A DNA stretch of 64,000 nucleotides from an uncultured Pelagibacteraceae bacterium. GTDB lineage: Bacteria; Pseudomonadota; Alphaproteobacteria; Pelagibacterales; Pelagibacteraceae. Of this stretch, positions 43,398-53,041 are shown one piece after another; the stretch's first letter is position 1, and every line of letters begins with the position of its first letter. Made by a program: the position numbers and the translations under genes. The stretch covers positions 12,547 through 76,546 of the forward strand of contig CACEEW010000002.1 of the NCBI GenBank assembly GCA_902558705.1. Reading direction: 5' to 3'. The notes under the pieces were generated by a model. That model was given only the letters and a program-made list of their open reading frames with translations. It was not told the origin of the DNA and did no database searches.

Positions 43398-44650
43398 TAG
43401 TGTGCAACAGCAGCGGCACCATGTTCATCAACTAGATCACCACTTACAAATCTATTAATATTGAAGGCAGCATTAAGTTCATGAGGTTCATCATTTGCTA
43501 TTGTATGAGCAAATAAATCTCCTGATCCTGGGGTTGCTTTAAATCCTCCAGTACCCCATCCACAATTAAAATATAAACCTTTAATTGATGTTTTACTAAT
43601 TATAGGACTAGCATCAGGACAGATATCAACAATTCCTCCCCATTGTCTAAGCATTCTCATTCGACTAAATATTGGGTACAATTCTAATATTGCATTTAAA
43701 GTTCCTTCAACAATATCATGACTACCTTTTTGTGAATACGAGATATAATCATCAGTTCCAGCGCCAATAACTAGTTCTCCTTTGTCAGATTGACTGACAT
43801 AAGCATGTACCGCATTTGACATTACAACTGTATCAATAATTGGTTTGACGGGTTCAGATACCAAAGCTTGCAATGGTTTACTCTCTAATGGTAATTTTAA
43901 ACCTGCCATGTTAGCTATAACACTAGAATGACCAGCTGCTACAACTCCAATTTTATTTGTTTTAATAAAACCTTTTGTTGTTTCTAAACCCTCAACACTA
44001 TCACCATTTCTTTTTATAGCTTTAACCTCACAGTTTTGAATTATATCAACACCCATTTCGTCTGCACCTCTAGCATATCCCCATGCAACAGCATCATGTC
44101 TAGCTGTTCCGGCTCTTCTTTGTAATGTTCCACCTAATACTGGATATCGAATATCTGGAGAAGTATTTATAATGGGACAAAATTTTTTAACTTCTTCTGT
44201 ATTTAAATATTCCGCATCAATTCCATTCAATCTATTGGCATGAGTTCTTCTTTTTAAGTCCCTTACATCTTGAAGATTATGAGCAAGGTTCATGACACCT
44301 CTTTGACTGAACATTACATTATAATTTAATTCCTGTGATAAACCTTCCCAAATTTTTAATGCATGGTTATAAAGACCAGCACTAGCATCCCATAAATAAT
44401 TTGATCTTATTATAGTTGTATTTCTTCCTGTGTTTCCCCCACCAATCCAACCTTTTTCTACAACAGCAATATTTTTCATATTATGTTTTTTGGCCAAATA
44501 ATATGCTGTTGCAAGACCGTGTCCTCCACCACCAACAATTACAGCATCATATTCTTTTTTAGGTGTAGGATCTTTCCAAGCTTTTTCCCAGTTTTCATGA
44601 TAAGAGAAAGCATTCTTTATTAGTGAAAATATTGAGTATCTATTTTTCAT
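43397..44650 (-). CDS. soxB: Sarcosine oxidase beta subunit
   Basis: [63 protein letters not shown]. Confidence 0.96.
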   Translation of the reverse strand: MKNRYSIFSLIKNAFSYHENWEKAWKDPTPKKEYDAVIVGGGGHGLATAYYLAKKHNMKNIAVVEKGWIGGGNTGRNTTIIRSNYLWDASAGLYNHALKIWEGLSQELNYNVMFSQRGVMNLAHNLQDVRDLKRRTHANRLNGIDAEYLNTEEVKKFCPIINTSPDIRYPVLGGTLQRRAGTARHDAVAWGYARGADEMGVDIIQNCEVKAIKRNGDSVEGLETTKGFIKTNKIGVVAAGHSSVIANMAGLKLPLESKPLQALVSEPVKPIIDTVVMSNAVHAYVSQSDKGELVIGAGTDDYISYSQKGSHDIVEGTLNAILELYPIFSRMRMLRQWGGIVDICPDASPIISKTSIKGLYFNCGWGTGGFKATPGSGDLFAHTIANDEPHELNAAFNINRFVSGDLVDEHGAAAVAH

Positions 44651-44665
44651 TATTAATGAATAATT

Positions 44666-44709
44666 ACTTTATTAATATTGATTATTCAATACAATCGAAA
44701 GCGACAAAT
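44666..44709 (-). promoter_or_regulatory. Putative soxB promoter with operator palindrome and upstream TTGTCGC motif
   Basis: Minus strand TTGTAT (44694-89), 17 nt, TAAAGT (44671-66); TATTGA-N4-TCAATA at 44676-91; GCGACAAAT at 44701-09. Confidence 0.5.
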
Positions 44710-44714
44710 TTCTT

Positions 44715-44806
44715 GGAAGAGTGGGTGAGAGGCTTAAACCAGTCGTTTGCTAAATGACCGTGCGAGGAAACTTGTACCGAGGGTTCGAATCCCTCCTCTT
44801 CCGCCA
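44715..44806 (+). tRNA. tRNA-Ser (anticodon GCT)
   Basis: Acceptor stem GGAAGAG/CTCTTCC plus GCCA; anticodon arm GTCGT-TTGCTAA-ATGAC; long variable arm; T arm GAGGG-TTCGAAT-CCCTC. Confidence 0.97.
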
Positions 44807-44811
44807 TATTT

Positions 44812-47019
44812 TTAAAATAGAGGGTTATTTTTGAAAAAATCTTTCATAGGAATTGGTTTTTGTTCAAGTATATATCTATATACATTATAGTTCTCTAGAA
44901 CTCTCTGAACGTAATTTCTTGTTTCTTTGAATTTGATTAGTTCAATCCAATCAACATAATTGGTTTGATTTTTTTGGGGATCTTTATTTATTTTTTTCCA
45001 ATATCTTACACGTTTTGGACCAGCGTTATAAGCTGCTATAGCAAAAGGGTATGCACCGTCATACTCAAGAATTAAACCTGCAATATAATGTGAACCTAAA
45101 TTAATATTATATTCCGGATCAGTAGTTAATCTAGATTTTGAATAAGGAAGCTTTGCTTGTTTAGCAACTAACTTAGCAGTATAAGGCATCAATTGCATCA
45201 AACCTTTTGCTCCTGCATGACTACTAGCACTTAAATCAAATTCACTTTCTTGTCGTATAATAGATAAAATAAATGCACTTTCAGGAATTTTTCTTCCATT
45301 AATATATTTAGGTGTGCTTATAATTGGATAATTATATTTATTGTGAAATCTTTTTTCATATGAGGCAATTTTTGCGACTTGGATTGCAAAGTCAAAACGT
45401 TCAATATTAGTTGCAAGTTCTGCAGCTAAAATTTCACTTCCACTATCAACATTATCGTTTGCCAAATGTCTAAGTATATGTTTTGCATATTTATCTTCAT
45501 CAAGTTCATCTAATAGATAGATTACTTTAACAATTTCTTTTTTGAAAAAATAATCTCGATATTCTTTTTTAACCTTTATATCTTTTGTAAGTTCAAATTT
45601 TCCATTAGGGTCTAACTCTCTAAATGCCAGTTGACCATAATATGTTGTTAAATAATTTGCTGCTTCATTAAACCATTTAGTTGATAATTCATCATAGCCT
45701 AACTTTTTATAAGTTCTTCCTAACCAGTATGCACCTCTAGCAACACTAATTGGATACCCAACATTGTTATAAAAATTTTCAAAGTGATCTTTGGCTAATA
45801 ACGGATCATTTAAGAAGCTTAAAGCAATCCAACCACTCATCCATTCTGCAGCAGCAAATTCTGGTCCTTCAGTCATACCATGGTTACTAGAAATTTTATA
45901 AGCTAATTCGAATTTTTTTTTGTAGATTAATGATCTTGAGATAATTTCTCTTTCCTTCCACCATTTATCTGGTCTTACTAAATAATCTTTGGTATTTTTA
46001 ATTTTTAATAAAATTTCAACAGAACTATCAACTCGACCTCTTTTCCTTCTCCATTTTAATCTGTCGTAATTTAATCCAGAGTCATCTTTAAATTTAGCGG
46101 GCACTTTAGATATCGCATTATCTACTCCATATGATTTACTCATTAATAATTGCCTTGCATTATATAAAAGTTCATAATCTTTTGGTAAATACCTTAGCAT
46201 TCGCTTTAGATCCCAATATTTATTATTCCAAGCAAGATAGTCTGCTCTTTTTACATAGTCATTAGCATCAAGATACTTTTTGAATTTTTTCCTATAAAAT
46301 CTTAATTCTGATTTAGTGAGCTCCGCAGTTATCCAACCTTCTTTTATTAGCTTTATGCCTTTTTCTTTTTTTCCTGTTAAAGTATAACTTTCACCAAGTA
46401 TCATTCTGCCAAATCCACTTAACGGCTCAAAGGATCCATACCAATCAATGATTTTTTTTGGAGAAATTTTATCAGTTGATAGTTTATGTTCTGCCAAATA
46501 TTTAATACGACCAATTCTTGGATAATCCTCATTTTTGTCCATGAAAGTTTTATAATCGTAATAAGAAGCTTGGTTTCCTTTTCTTAAGAGATGTCTCCAC
46601 TGAATGAAATTATATATTGATTTATCTTTGGCTTTTTTTGAAGTTCTCAAAGCATCAGTCCATTTAGCTCTTTTCATCTCAGAAATGGCTTTTTTAGCTA
46701 AATTAAAGTCTTTTTTATTATAGTATTTTGATATTTTTATATCTTTAACTTTTTCAGTTCCTGCAATTAGGGGTTTCTTTTTGGGTAGAATAAAACCACT
46801 TTTATTTTCTTTCTTAACAATAACTTTTTCCTCTACTACTTTTTTTTCAGTTTGTTCTATTGGTTTTGGTAGTGGTTTTAATATATCTATTAGTAACTTT
46901 TTTTGTGTTTCTTCTTTAGTTTGTATTGGTTTTTTTAATGGGATTATCTCAGAGATGGCAATACCTGCATACCCAGTCAGATTAAATAAAAGTATAAAAA
47001 ATATGATTTTTTTTGACAT
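44812..47019 (-). CDS. Soluble lytic murein transglycosylase (Slt70-like)
   Basis: IIRQESEF, S.AGA.GLMQLMP.TA, AAYNAGP, ETRNYVQRV; signal peptide from ATG at 47019. Confidence 0.93.
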   Translation of the reverse strand: MSKKIIFFILLFNLTGYAGIAISEIIPLKKPIQTKEETQKKLLIDILKPLPKPIEQTEKKVVEEKVIVKKENKSGFILPKKKPLIAGTEKVKDIKISKYYNKKDFNLAKKAISEMKRAKWTDALRTSKKAKDKSIYNFIQWRHLLRKGNQASYYDYKTFMDKNEDYPRIGRIKYLAEHKLSTDKISPKKIIDWYGSFEPLSGFGRMILGESYTLTGKKEKGIKLIKEGWITAELTKSELRFYRKKFKKYLDANDYVKRADYLAWNNKYWDLKRMLRYLPKDYELLYNARQLLMSKSYGVDNAISKVPAKFKDDSGLNYDRLKWRRKRGRVDSSVEILLKIKNTKDYLVRPDKWWKEREIISRSLIYKKKFELAYKISSNHGMTEGPEFAAAEWMSGWIALSFLNDPLLAKDHFENFYNNVGYPISVARGAYWLGRTYKKLGYDELSTKWFNEAANYLTTYYGQLAFRELDPNGKFELTKDIKVKKEYRDYFFKKEIVKVIYLLDELDEDKYAKHILRHLANDNVDSGSEILAAELATNIERFDFAIQVAKIASYEKRFHNKYNYPIISTPKYINGRKIPESAFILSIIRQESEFDLSASSHAGAKGLMQLMPYTAKLVAKQAKLPYSKSRLTTDPEYNINLGSHYIAGLILEYDGAYPFAIAAYNAGPKRVRYWKKINKDPQKNQTNYVDWIELIKFKETRNYVQRVLENYNVYRYILEQKPIPMKDFFKNNPLF

Positions 47020-47061
47020 AATCTTTAGTATATGAATCAACAATCTATGTTATAAGTATTT

Positions 47062-47943
47062 ATGTTTAAAGGATCAAATGTTGCTTTAGTTACTCCATTT
47101 AAAAATGATAAACTTGATGACGAAACTTATATCAAGTTAATCCATTTTCACATTAAAAATGGCACAAATGGATTAGTTCCAGCCGGAACAACAGGAGAAT
47201 CTCCAACATTAAGTCATGATGAACATGAAAGAGTTATAGAGCTCTGTGTGAAAGAAAGCGCAGGAAAATTACCTGTATTTGCAGGAACAGGATCAAATTC
47301 TACAGAAGAAGCTATATCTTTAACTTCTCACGCTGAAAAAATAGGTGCTAATGGAGCACTTATTGTTACTCCCTATTATAATAAACCTACCCAAGAAGGT
47401 TTATATCAACATTATAAATCAATTAATGATAAATGCGGAATTCCTATAATAATTTATAATATTCCAGGCAGATCAGTTATAGACATGTCAGTTGACACAA
47501 TGGCAAGATTATATGAGCTTAAAAATATTATAGGAGTCAAAGATGCTACTGGTGATTTAAATAGAGTTGATCAAACTTTAAAAAAAATGGGTAAAGATTT
47601 TATGCAACTGACTGGTAACGATGATAATGCATTGGAATTTAATAAAAGGGGCGGCGTAGGAGCGATAAGTGTTACAGCAAATATTGCACCAAAACTATGT
47701 TCAGAATTTCAGAAACTTTCAATTATGAGTGATGAAAAGTCAATCTCTGAAGCAAAAAGACTTGATAAGATTTTACAGCCTGTGCATCATTCGATGTTTA
47801 TAGAAAGTAATCCAAGTCCAGTAAAATATGCTGCTAAATTATTAGATCTCTGTGATGATGAGGTAAGACTACCGTTAGTTAAAATAACTGATCCTACTAA
47901 AGAAATAGTAAAAAAAGCACTTCTGTCTGCAAAATTAATTTAA
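47062..47943 (+). CDS. dapA: 4-hydroxy-tetrahydrodipicolinate synthase
   Basis: [36 protein letters not shown]. Confidence 0.98.
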   Translation: MFKGSNVALVTPFKNDKLDDETYIKLIHFHIKNGTNGLVPAGTTGESPTLSHDEHERVIELCVKESAGKLPVFAGTGSNSTEEAISLTSHAEKIGANGALIVTPYYNKPTQEGLYQHYKSINDKCGIPIIIYNIPGRSVIDMSVDTMARLYELKNIIGVKDATGDLNRVDQTLKKMGKDFMQLTGNDDNALEFNKRGGVGAISVTANIAPKLCSEFQKLSIMSDEKSISEAKRLDKILQPVHHSMFIESNPSPVKYAAKLLDLCDDEVRLPLVKITDPTKEIVKKALLSAKLI

Positions 47944-48413
47944 TGAACAAAAAGACCAATTCTGGTTTGAAAATAATTTGTCTGAATCGTAAAGCAAGTT
48001 TTAATTATTTTTTTGAAGATTTATTAGAGGCTGGAATTGTTCTTAAAGGGTCTGAAATTAAATCTATTCGAGATGGCAAAGTAAATATTGCTGATTCTTA
48101 TGCAATTGAAAAAAATGGTGAAATAATTTTAATAAATTCACATATTTCGTCATATAAACAAGCAAGTTACTCAAATCATAATCCAACAGATGAAAGAAAA
48201 CTTCTATTAAATAAAAGAGAAATAAATAAGCTTATAGGAAAAATGCAAAGAGATGGATTTACTATAGTACCCACAAAAATGTATTTTAAAAAAGGAAAAG
48301 CTAAAGTAGAGCTAGCAGTTGCAAAAGGTAAAAAACAATACGATAAGAGAGCAACAAAAAAAAATAGAGACTGGGGTCGAGAGAGGGCAAGATATGTCAG
48401 AAAATCCAGTTAA
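47943..48413 (+). CDS. smpB: SsrA-binding protein
   Basis: [36 protein letters not shown]. Confidence 0.98.
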   Translation: MNKKTNSGLKIICLNRKASFNYFFEDLLEAGIVLKGSEIKSIRDGKVNIADSYAIEKNGEIILINSHISSYKQASYSNHNPTDERKLLLNKREINKLIGKMQRDGFTIVPTKMYFKKGKAKVELAVAKGKKQYDKRATKKNRDWGRERARYVRKSS

Positions 48414-48891
48414 ATCAATCTATTTGGGAATAGGTTCAAATTTAGGAAATAAAAAGAGAAATATTGAAAATACAAAATCAAACTTATTAAAGAATAATAT
48501 CAATATATTAGAATGTTCGAGTTATTATGAAAGTTTATCTTGGCCCAATCCTAAAAATCCAAAATTTTTAAATATAGTAGTTAAGATTAAAACTCATTTA
48601 ACACCCTTAAAACTAATTAAAAAATGCAAAGAAATTGAAACTAGATTAGGTAGAAAAAAAATGCCAAAAAATTCACCTCGCGTTTGTGACATAGATATAA
48701 TCGACTTTAAAAATCAAAGAATGGAAAATGACTTAATTTTACCACATCCAAGAATGCATACCCGTAATTTTGTTCTTTTGCCTCTTTTTGAGATAGATAA
48801 AGATTGGAAACATCCTGTTTTAAAACTTAATATAAAAAAACTAATATCATTATTATCAAATAGTGACATTAGATCTATTAAACAAATCTAA
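48394..48891 (+). CDS. folK: HPPK (dihydropteridine pyrophosphokinase)
   Basis: [40 protein letters not shown]; ATG at 48394 preceded by GAGAGGG. Confidence 0.95.
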   Translation: MSENPVKSIYLGIGSNLGNKKRNIENTKSNLLKNNINILECSSYYESLSWPNPKNPKFLNIVVKIKTHLTPLKLIKKCKEIETRLGRKKMPKNSPRVCDIDIIDFKNQRMENDLILPHPRMHTRNFVLLPLFEIDKDWKHPVLKLNIKKLISLLSNSDIRSIKQI

Positions 48892-48896
48892 ATAGA

Positions 48897-48905
48897 TGTT
48901 ATAAT
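48897..48905 (+). promoter_or_regulatory. Extended -10 element (TGnTATAAT) 5 nt before the rel/spoT ATG
   Basis: TGTTATAAT-AAATT-ATG; same layout before dapA (TGTTATAAG-TATTT-ATG, 47048-47064). Confidence 0.55.
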
Positions 48906-48910
48906 AAATT

Positions 48911-50656
48911 ATGTTAAATTCTGAAGAATTAATAAATAAAGTTAAAGGATATAATAAGTTTTTAAATCCAGAGAAACTTAACAAAGCCTATGATTTTGCT
49001 GTTAAAGCTCATAGTAATCAAAAAAGGGCATCTGGTGATCCTTACTCAGTTCACCCAATAGAAGTTGCTAATATTTTAACTGATTTGAAATTAGATAGTG
49101 CAACAATTACAACAGGTCTTTTACATGACACAATTGAAGACACTTATGCAACGTATGAAACTATAAAAGGTGAGTTTGGATCTGAAGTTGCAGATTTGGT
49201 CGATGGAGTTACAAAAATATCAGTATTAGAAAATACTGCCTCAGCAAATTCAAAAGCTGAAAATTTTAGAAAATTAATTTTAGCTACTTCAAAAGATATT
49301 AGAGTTTTATTGGTTAAAATTGCTGATCGTTTACATAATATGAGAACAATTAAAGCTATTGATAAAGAGGATAAAAGAAAAAGAATTGCTCAAGAGACAA
49401 TGGAAATTTATGCTCCATTAGCAGACAGAATGGGAATGCACAGAATAAGAGATGAACTAGAAGACTTGTCTTTTGAAATTCTTAATCATGAAGGTAGATC
49501 ATTAATCCTAAAAAGGCTTGAAGAAATAAAATTGGATAAAAAAGATATTTTTGAAAATCTATCATCTGAATTTAATCAGTTGTTGATTGAAAATAATATT
49601 AATTCAAAAATATATGGGAGAGAAAAAACTCCTTTTTCTATATGGAGAAAAGTGCAAAAGAAAAGAGTTTCATTAGAGCAAATTACCGACATTATTGGTT
49701 TTAGAATTATAGTAGATGATACTGATGATTGTTATAAATCTTTAGGAATAATTCACAAAGCATATAATTGTATTCCTGGAAAATTTAAAGATTATATTTC
49801 TTCTGCAAAAATAAATGGATATAAATCAATTCATACTTCAGTTATTGGTTCATATAAAAAGCCTGTTGAAATTCAAATCAGAACAAAACAAATGCATGAA
49901 TTTGCTGAAAGAGGAATAGCATCACATTGGCAGTATAAATCCTCAGAAAAGTTTAATTCACTAACATGGAAAGAGTATGATTGGTTAAAGGATCTGGTTG
50001 AAATTATTGAAAAGAATGAAAATCCTGAACACTCATATGAATATACTAAGCTTCAAATGTTTCAAGAAAACGTTTTTTGTTTTACTCCTAAAGGATCTGT
50101 AATTAAATTACCTAAAGATGCTACAGCTATTGATTTTGCTTATGCTGTACACACAAAAATTGGTGATACAGCTATTGGATGTGAAATTAATGGTAATAAA
50201 AGGGAATTACAAACTATATTAAGAAATGGTGATAGAGTAAATATCACTACATCAAAAAATCAATCTCCTTCTTTGCACTGGATACCGACAACTAAAACCG
50301 GTAAAGCGAGAGCCGCTATTAGAAGGTATTGGCATGATAGGGGAGAAAAAAAAGAGGAAAGAGTAAAAAAATATAATACTACATTGTGGATTTCTTTACC
50401 TGATAAACCAGGTCAACTTGGAAATGTAAGTTCTTTAATTGGTGAACATAAACTAAATATCTCCAATCTTGAGATGACAGGTAAAAACTCTAATTATATT
50501 AATTTTAAGTTCCAATTAATAATTAGAGATTTAAAAAATTTTACTAATTTTATTGCAGAGCTTAAACAAAAGGGTATAAAATTTAAGATAATTAGACACG
50601 AAGATAAAAGAAATGCTTTCACCCAAAAAATCCTTAGATATTTTAAGAAAAACTGA
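48911..50656 (+). CDS. spoT: Bifunctional (p)ppGpp synthetase/hydrolase Rel/SpoT, shortened
   Basis: HD motif LLHDTIED, KIADRLHNMRT, synthetase EIQIRT..MH..AE.GIASHW.YK, TGS FTPKG, C-terminal ACT domain. Confidence 0.96.
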   Translation: MLNSEELINKVKGYNKFLNPEKLNKAYDFAVKAHSNQKRASGDPYSVHPIEVANILTDLKLDSATITTGLLHDTIEDTYATYETIKGEFGSEVADLVDGVTKISVLENTASANSKAENFRKLILATSKDIRVLLVKIADRLHNMRTIKAIDKEDKRKRIAQETMEIYAPLADRMGMHRIRDELEDLSFEILNHEGRSLILKRLEEIKLDKKDIFENLSSEFNQLLIENNINSKIYGREKTPFSIWRKVQKKRVSLEQITDIIGFRIIVDDTDDCYKSLGIIHKAYNCIPGKFKDYISSAKINGYKSIHTSVIGSYKKPVEIQIRTKQMHEFAERGIASHWQYKSSEKFNSLTWKEYDWLKDLVEIIEKNENPEHSYEYTKLQMFQENVFCFTPKGSVIKLPKDATAIDFAYAVHTKIGDTAIGCEINGNKRELQTILRNGDRVNITTSKNQSPSLHWIPTTKTGKARAAIRRYWHDRGEKKEERVKKYNTTLWISLPDKPGQLGNVSSLIGEHKLNISNLEMTGKNSNYINFKFQLIIRDLKNFTNFIAELKQKGIKFKIIRHEDKRNAFTQKILRYFKKN

Positions 50657-51200
50657 TGCTTTGCTAGAAGGTCATTTTGTTTTATCATCAGGACTTCATT
50701 CATCTAAATATATTCAATGTGCTAAATTACTTAGCCAACCATATCTAGCTGAAAAAATATGCAGATCATTAGCAAGTAAGATAAAAAAGAGATTTAAAAA
50801 AATAGACTTAATTTTAGCACCAGCTATGGGTGGGATAGTTATTGGTTATGAAATAGGTAGAATTTTAAAAAAAGAGACAATCTTTTGTGAAAGAGTAAAG
50901 GGTAAATTCACACTAAGAAGAGGTTTCAATATTAGAAAAGGAACGAATGTCTTAATTATTGAAGATGTAATTACAACAGGGAAGTCAAGTTTAGAATGTG
51001 TTAGATTAATTAAAGATAGCAAAGCAAAACTATTAGGTTTTGCATCATTAATAGATAGATCATCAAAACAAACATTAAAAATTAAAAAAAGAATTGTATC
51101 TCAATTAAAAATAAGTGTTCCAACATATAAAAAAAAAAGATTACCAAAAAACTTGATATCAATACCTGTTACTAAACCTGGAAGTAGATTTATTAAGTGA
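50613..51200 (+). CDS. pyrE: Orotate phosphoribosyltransferase
   Basis: GHFVLSSGLHS..YIQCA, IIEDVITTGKS, KPGSR. Confidence 0.96.
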   Translation: MLSPKKSLDILRKTDALLEGHFVLSSGLHSSKYIQCAKLLSQPYLAEKICRSLASKIKKRFKKIDLILAPAMGGIVIGYEIGRILKKETIFCERVKGKFTLRRGFNIRKGTNVLIIEDVITTGKSSLECVRLIKDSKAKLLGFASLIDRSSKQTLKIKKRIVSQLKISVPTYKKKRLPKNLISIPVTKPGSRFIK

Positions 51201-51919
51201 AACGTTTAGGAGTAAATATTGATCACATAGCCACCATTAGAAATGCTCGAGGTGAACAACATCCTGACCCTTTCTTCGCAGCTAAGTTTGTAAAAAAATG
51301 TGGTGCAAATTCAATTACAATACATTTGAGAGAAGACAGAAGACATATTAATGATGGTGATGCCAAAAAAATCTGTTCAATTAAGAATCTTTTAGTTAAC
51401 TTAGAGATTTCAACCAATTCGAAAATGATTAATTCTGCTTTAAAGTTAAAGCCTAATTTTGTTTGTATAGTGCCGGAGAACAGAAAAGAGATAACCACAG
51501 AAGGAGGGTTAAACTTAAAAAAAAATAAAACTAAATTAAAAAAAATTATTTCTAGCTTTAAAAAAAGAAATATTAGAACTAGTTTATTTATCAACCCATC
51601 ATTGAAAGATATTAGATTATCTAAAGAACTAAAAACAGACTGTATTGAAATTCATACAGGCAAAATAGCAAATTTAATCAAATCAAAAAAAAATTACATG
51701 ACTGAACTTCAAAAAATTAAGAAGTGTTCTATTCTTGCAAATAATTTAGGTCTAGAAGTTCATGCAGGACATGGTCTAGATTATAAAACAACTAAATTTC
51801 TTACTAAAATTAAACAAATTAAAGAATTTAATATTGGACATTTTTTAGTTGGGGAGTCTATCTTTAATGGTCTTCCTAAAGTAATAAAGAGTTTTAAGAA
51901 AATTATTAATAAAAGATAA
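51197..51919 (+). CDS. pdxJ: Pyridoxine 5'-phosphate synthase
   Basis: LGVNIDHIATIRNAR, HLREDRRHI, TTEGG, AGHGL, NIGH. Confidence 0.98.
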   Translation: MKRLGVNIDHIATIRNARGEQHPDPFFAAKFVKKCGANSITIHLREDRRHINDGDAKKICSIKNLLVNLEISTNSKMINSALKLKPNFVCIVPENRKEITTEGGLNLKKNKTKLKKIISSFKKRNIRTSLFINPSLKDIRLSKELKTDCIEIHTGKIANLIKSKKNYMTELQKIKKCSILANNLGLEVHAGHGLDYKTTKFLTKIKQIKEFNIGHFLVGESIFNGLPKVIKSFKKIINKR

Positions 51920-51920
51920 T

Positions 51921-52307
51921 ATGCGTATATTGGGAATAGGTGTCGATGTAATTCAAAATAAACGAATTAAATCTTCTATTAAGAATAAATTATTTGTTTC
52001 AAGAACATTCGGTAACAAAGAGATCTATTTTTCAAAAAGCACTTCTGATAAAACAAATTATTTTGCAAAAAGATTTGCAGCAAAAGAAGCATTAGCAAAA
52101 TCAATAGGAACAGGTTTTAGAAATAATCTAAACTTTAAGGATATTCAAATTTTAAATGATAAAATTGGTAAGCCGTATTATCAAAAATCAAAAAAAATTG
52201 ACAAAATTATAAATAAAAAATTTAAAGTTAAAACCTATGATTTGTTTCTTTCAATTTCAGACGAAAAGGATTATTCAATTGCATTTACAATTTTACAAAC
52301 CAAATAA
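51921..52307 (+). CDS. acpS: Holo-ACP synthase
   Basis: GIGVD, AKRFAAKEA..KSIGTG, GKP, LSISD. Confidence 0.96.
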   Translation: MRILGIGVDVIQNKRIKSSIKNKLFVSRTFGNKEIYFSKSTSDKTNYFAKRFAAKEALAKSIGTGFRNNLNFKDIQILNDKIGKPYYQKSKKIDKIINKKFKVKTYDLFLSISDEKDYSIAFTILQTK

Positions 52308-53041
52308 TGTTTAATAAAAAATTTTTTATAGAGAATACAAAAACACTATTTTACGCTTTGATAATTGCAGTAATTATTAGATCGTTTTTAATCCAACCGT
52401 TTTATATTCCATCTTCATCTATGGAGCCTAATTTATTAGTAGGAGATAGAATTTTTGTTACAAAATATACTTATGGCTATAGCAAACACTCATTTCCTTT
52501 CAGTCCTCCAATTTTTAAGGGAAGAATAATGTCAAATAATCCAAAAAGAGGTGATGTAGTTGTTTTTAAAACCCCTGCTGATAATAGAACTGATTATATC
52601 AAAAGATTAGTTGGTTTGCCTGGTGATGTTATTAAATTTCAGGATGCTAATTTGTATTTAAATAATAGTGAAATAATTAAATCAAAAATATCAAAAAAAA
52701 ACAAAACTTTTTGTGGTCGAAAAGAAATAGATGTTACTTTTTTTGAGGAGATTTTACCGAATGGTAAAAAATACAATACAGTTTACCTTAAAAATTTTCC
52801 ACTGCAGAACACCGATACATTCACAATCCCTGAAAATCATTATTTTTTCTTAGGTGATAATAGGGATTGTTCTAAAGATAGTAGGTTTTTAAGTAGTGTG
52901 GGTTATGTACACCAAGATAATTTAGTGGGCAAAGCAAGATTTATTTTTTTTTCATCTGATAGCTCTATTGGAAGTATATTTTCATTTTGGAAATGGAATA
53001 AATCTTTAAGATTTGATAGATTTTTTACTAAGATAAATTAA
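52307..53041 (+). CDS. lepB: Signal peptidase I
   Basis: IPSSSMEPNLLVGD, YIKRLVGLPGD, GDNRD.S.DSR. Confidence 0.98.
   Translation: MFNKKFFIENTKTLFYALIIAVIIRSFLIQPFYIPSSSMEPNLLVGDRIFVTKYTYGYSKHSFPFSPPIFKGRIMSNNPKRGDVVVFKTPADNRTDYIKRLVGLPGDVIKFQDANLYLNNSEIIKSKISKKNKTFCGRKEIDVTFFEEILPNGKKYNTVYLKNFPLQNTDTFTIPENHYFFLGDNRDCSKDSRFLSSVGYVHQDNLVGKARFIFFSSDSSIGSIFSFWKWNKSLRFDRFFTKIN

Noticed and set aside
44678-44689. FNR box upstream of soxB
   Set aside because: TTGAT-N2-TTCAA is 2 nt shorter than TTGAT-N4-ATCAA.
36174-44806. Genomic island or prophage integrated at tRNA-Ser
   Set aside because: No integrase; I saw no duplicated tRNA 3' end; the accessory-looking genes lie on the 5' side; composition looks like the rest of the window.
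48319-48393. N-terminal extension of FolK, and similar ORF-track extensions of gatB, rpmC, pyrB and slt
   Set aside because: Upstream TTG starts chosen by the longest-ORF rule; downstream ATGs fit family length and coupling better.
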